In this document: piece after piece, positions 33,998-34,233 of the stretch
How the letters are laid out: the number at the start of each line of letters is the position of its first letter
Position numbering within the stretch: position 1 is the stretch's first letter
Assembly (NCBI GenBank): GCA_046497485.1
Contig: JAWOFP010000042.1
Coordinates: 1 to 34,233, forward strand
DNA: 34,233 nucleotides
From: Candidatus Nanohaloarchaea archaeon
Lineage (GTDB): Archaea; Nanohalarchaeota; Nanosalinia; Nanosalinales; Nanosalinaceae
Direction of reading: 5' to 3'
The notes under the pieces: generated by a model
Databases searched by the model: none
Told to the model about the DNA's origin: nothing
The model's input: the letters and a program-made list of their open reading frames with translations, nothing else
Position numbers and translations under genes: made by a program

Positions 33998-34233
33998 TCA
34001 GCGTCCGGATAATTGATCACCCGCTGCTGGTGCAGGGTTGTGGCGGCCGCCTGCCCCGTGGTCAGGTCCAGATATTCATCCGGGTCATAGCCCCACAAGC
34101 CGATGGACAGGTTGCCCCGGTTTGCCGATGTCATGCCCGCTATGCCAATAGCGGTTATTTGGCCGTCACGGGTTGCCATTTATCAGTTCTCCTTCTTTAT
34201 TGCCCAGCCGAAAGTGCCGTTGTGGTCAACATG
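33998..34233. other. GC-rich foreign or chimeric segment at the window end
   Basis: About 57% GC by manual count (134/233 over 34001-34233) against about 40% elsewhere; bacterial-style AAGGAG RBS before ATG 34179. Confidence 0.55.

Overview
Archaeal chromosomal window with about 40% GC, a very acidic proteome and archaeal TATA/GGAGGTGA signals. It most resembles a nanohaloarchaeon (DPANN); this placement is an inference. The housekeeping backbone carries cysS, ileS, a DHH phosphoesterase, thiI, ttuA/ncs6, an NDP-sugar synthase, htpX, an RsmB/NOP2 methyltransferase, a family-4 UDG, SRP RNA, tRNA-Cys(GCA), tRNA-Ser(CGA) and a stand-alone 5S rRNA. An 8.4 kb element is integrated in tRNA-Cys, bounded by a 14 bp direct repeat (5163-5176 / 13587-13600). 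It encodes a tyrosine integrase, an unannotated 41 aa CopG repressor, a primase-less D5/P4-type SF3 helicase with an adjacent ori-like palindrome, several HTH proteins, a frameshifted membrane-anchored Mrr nuclease and an AbrB-like protein, but no recognisable virion or conjugation genes. Four of its promoters share a 17 bp operator-like box. Other notable signals: (1) the palindrome AGGCCT is strongly over-represented (about 99 copies by manual count); (2) the SRP RNA lacks helix 6 and has a UGAC tetraloop; (3) several enzymes have degenerate cofactor or catalytic motifs; (4) the last ~235 bp are GC-rich and probably foreign or chimeric. All counts were made by eye and should be confirmed computationally.
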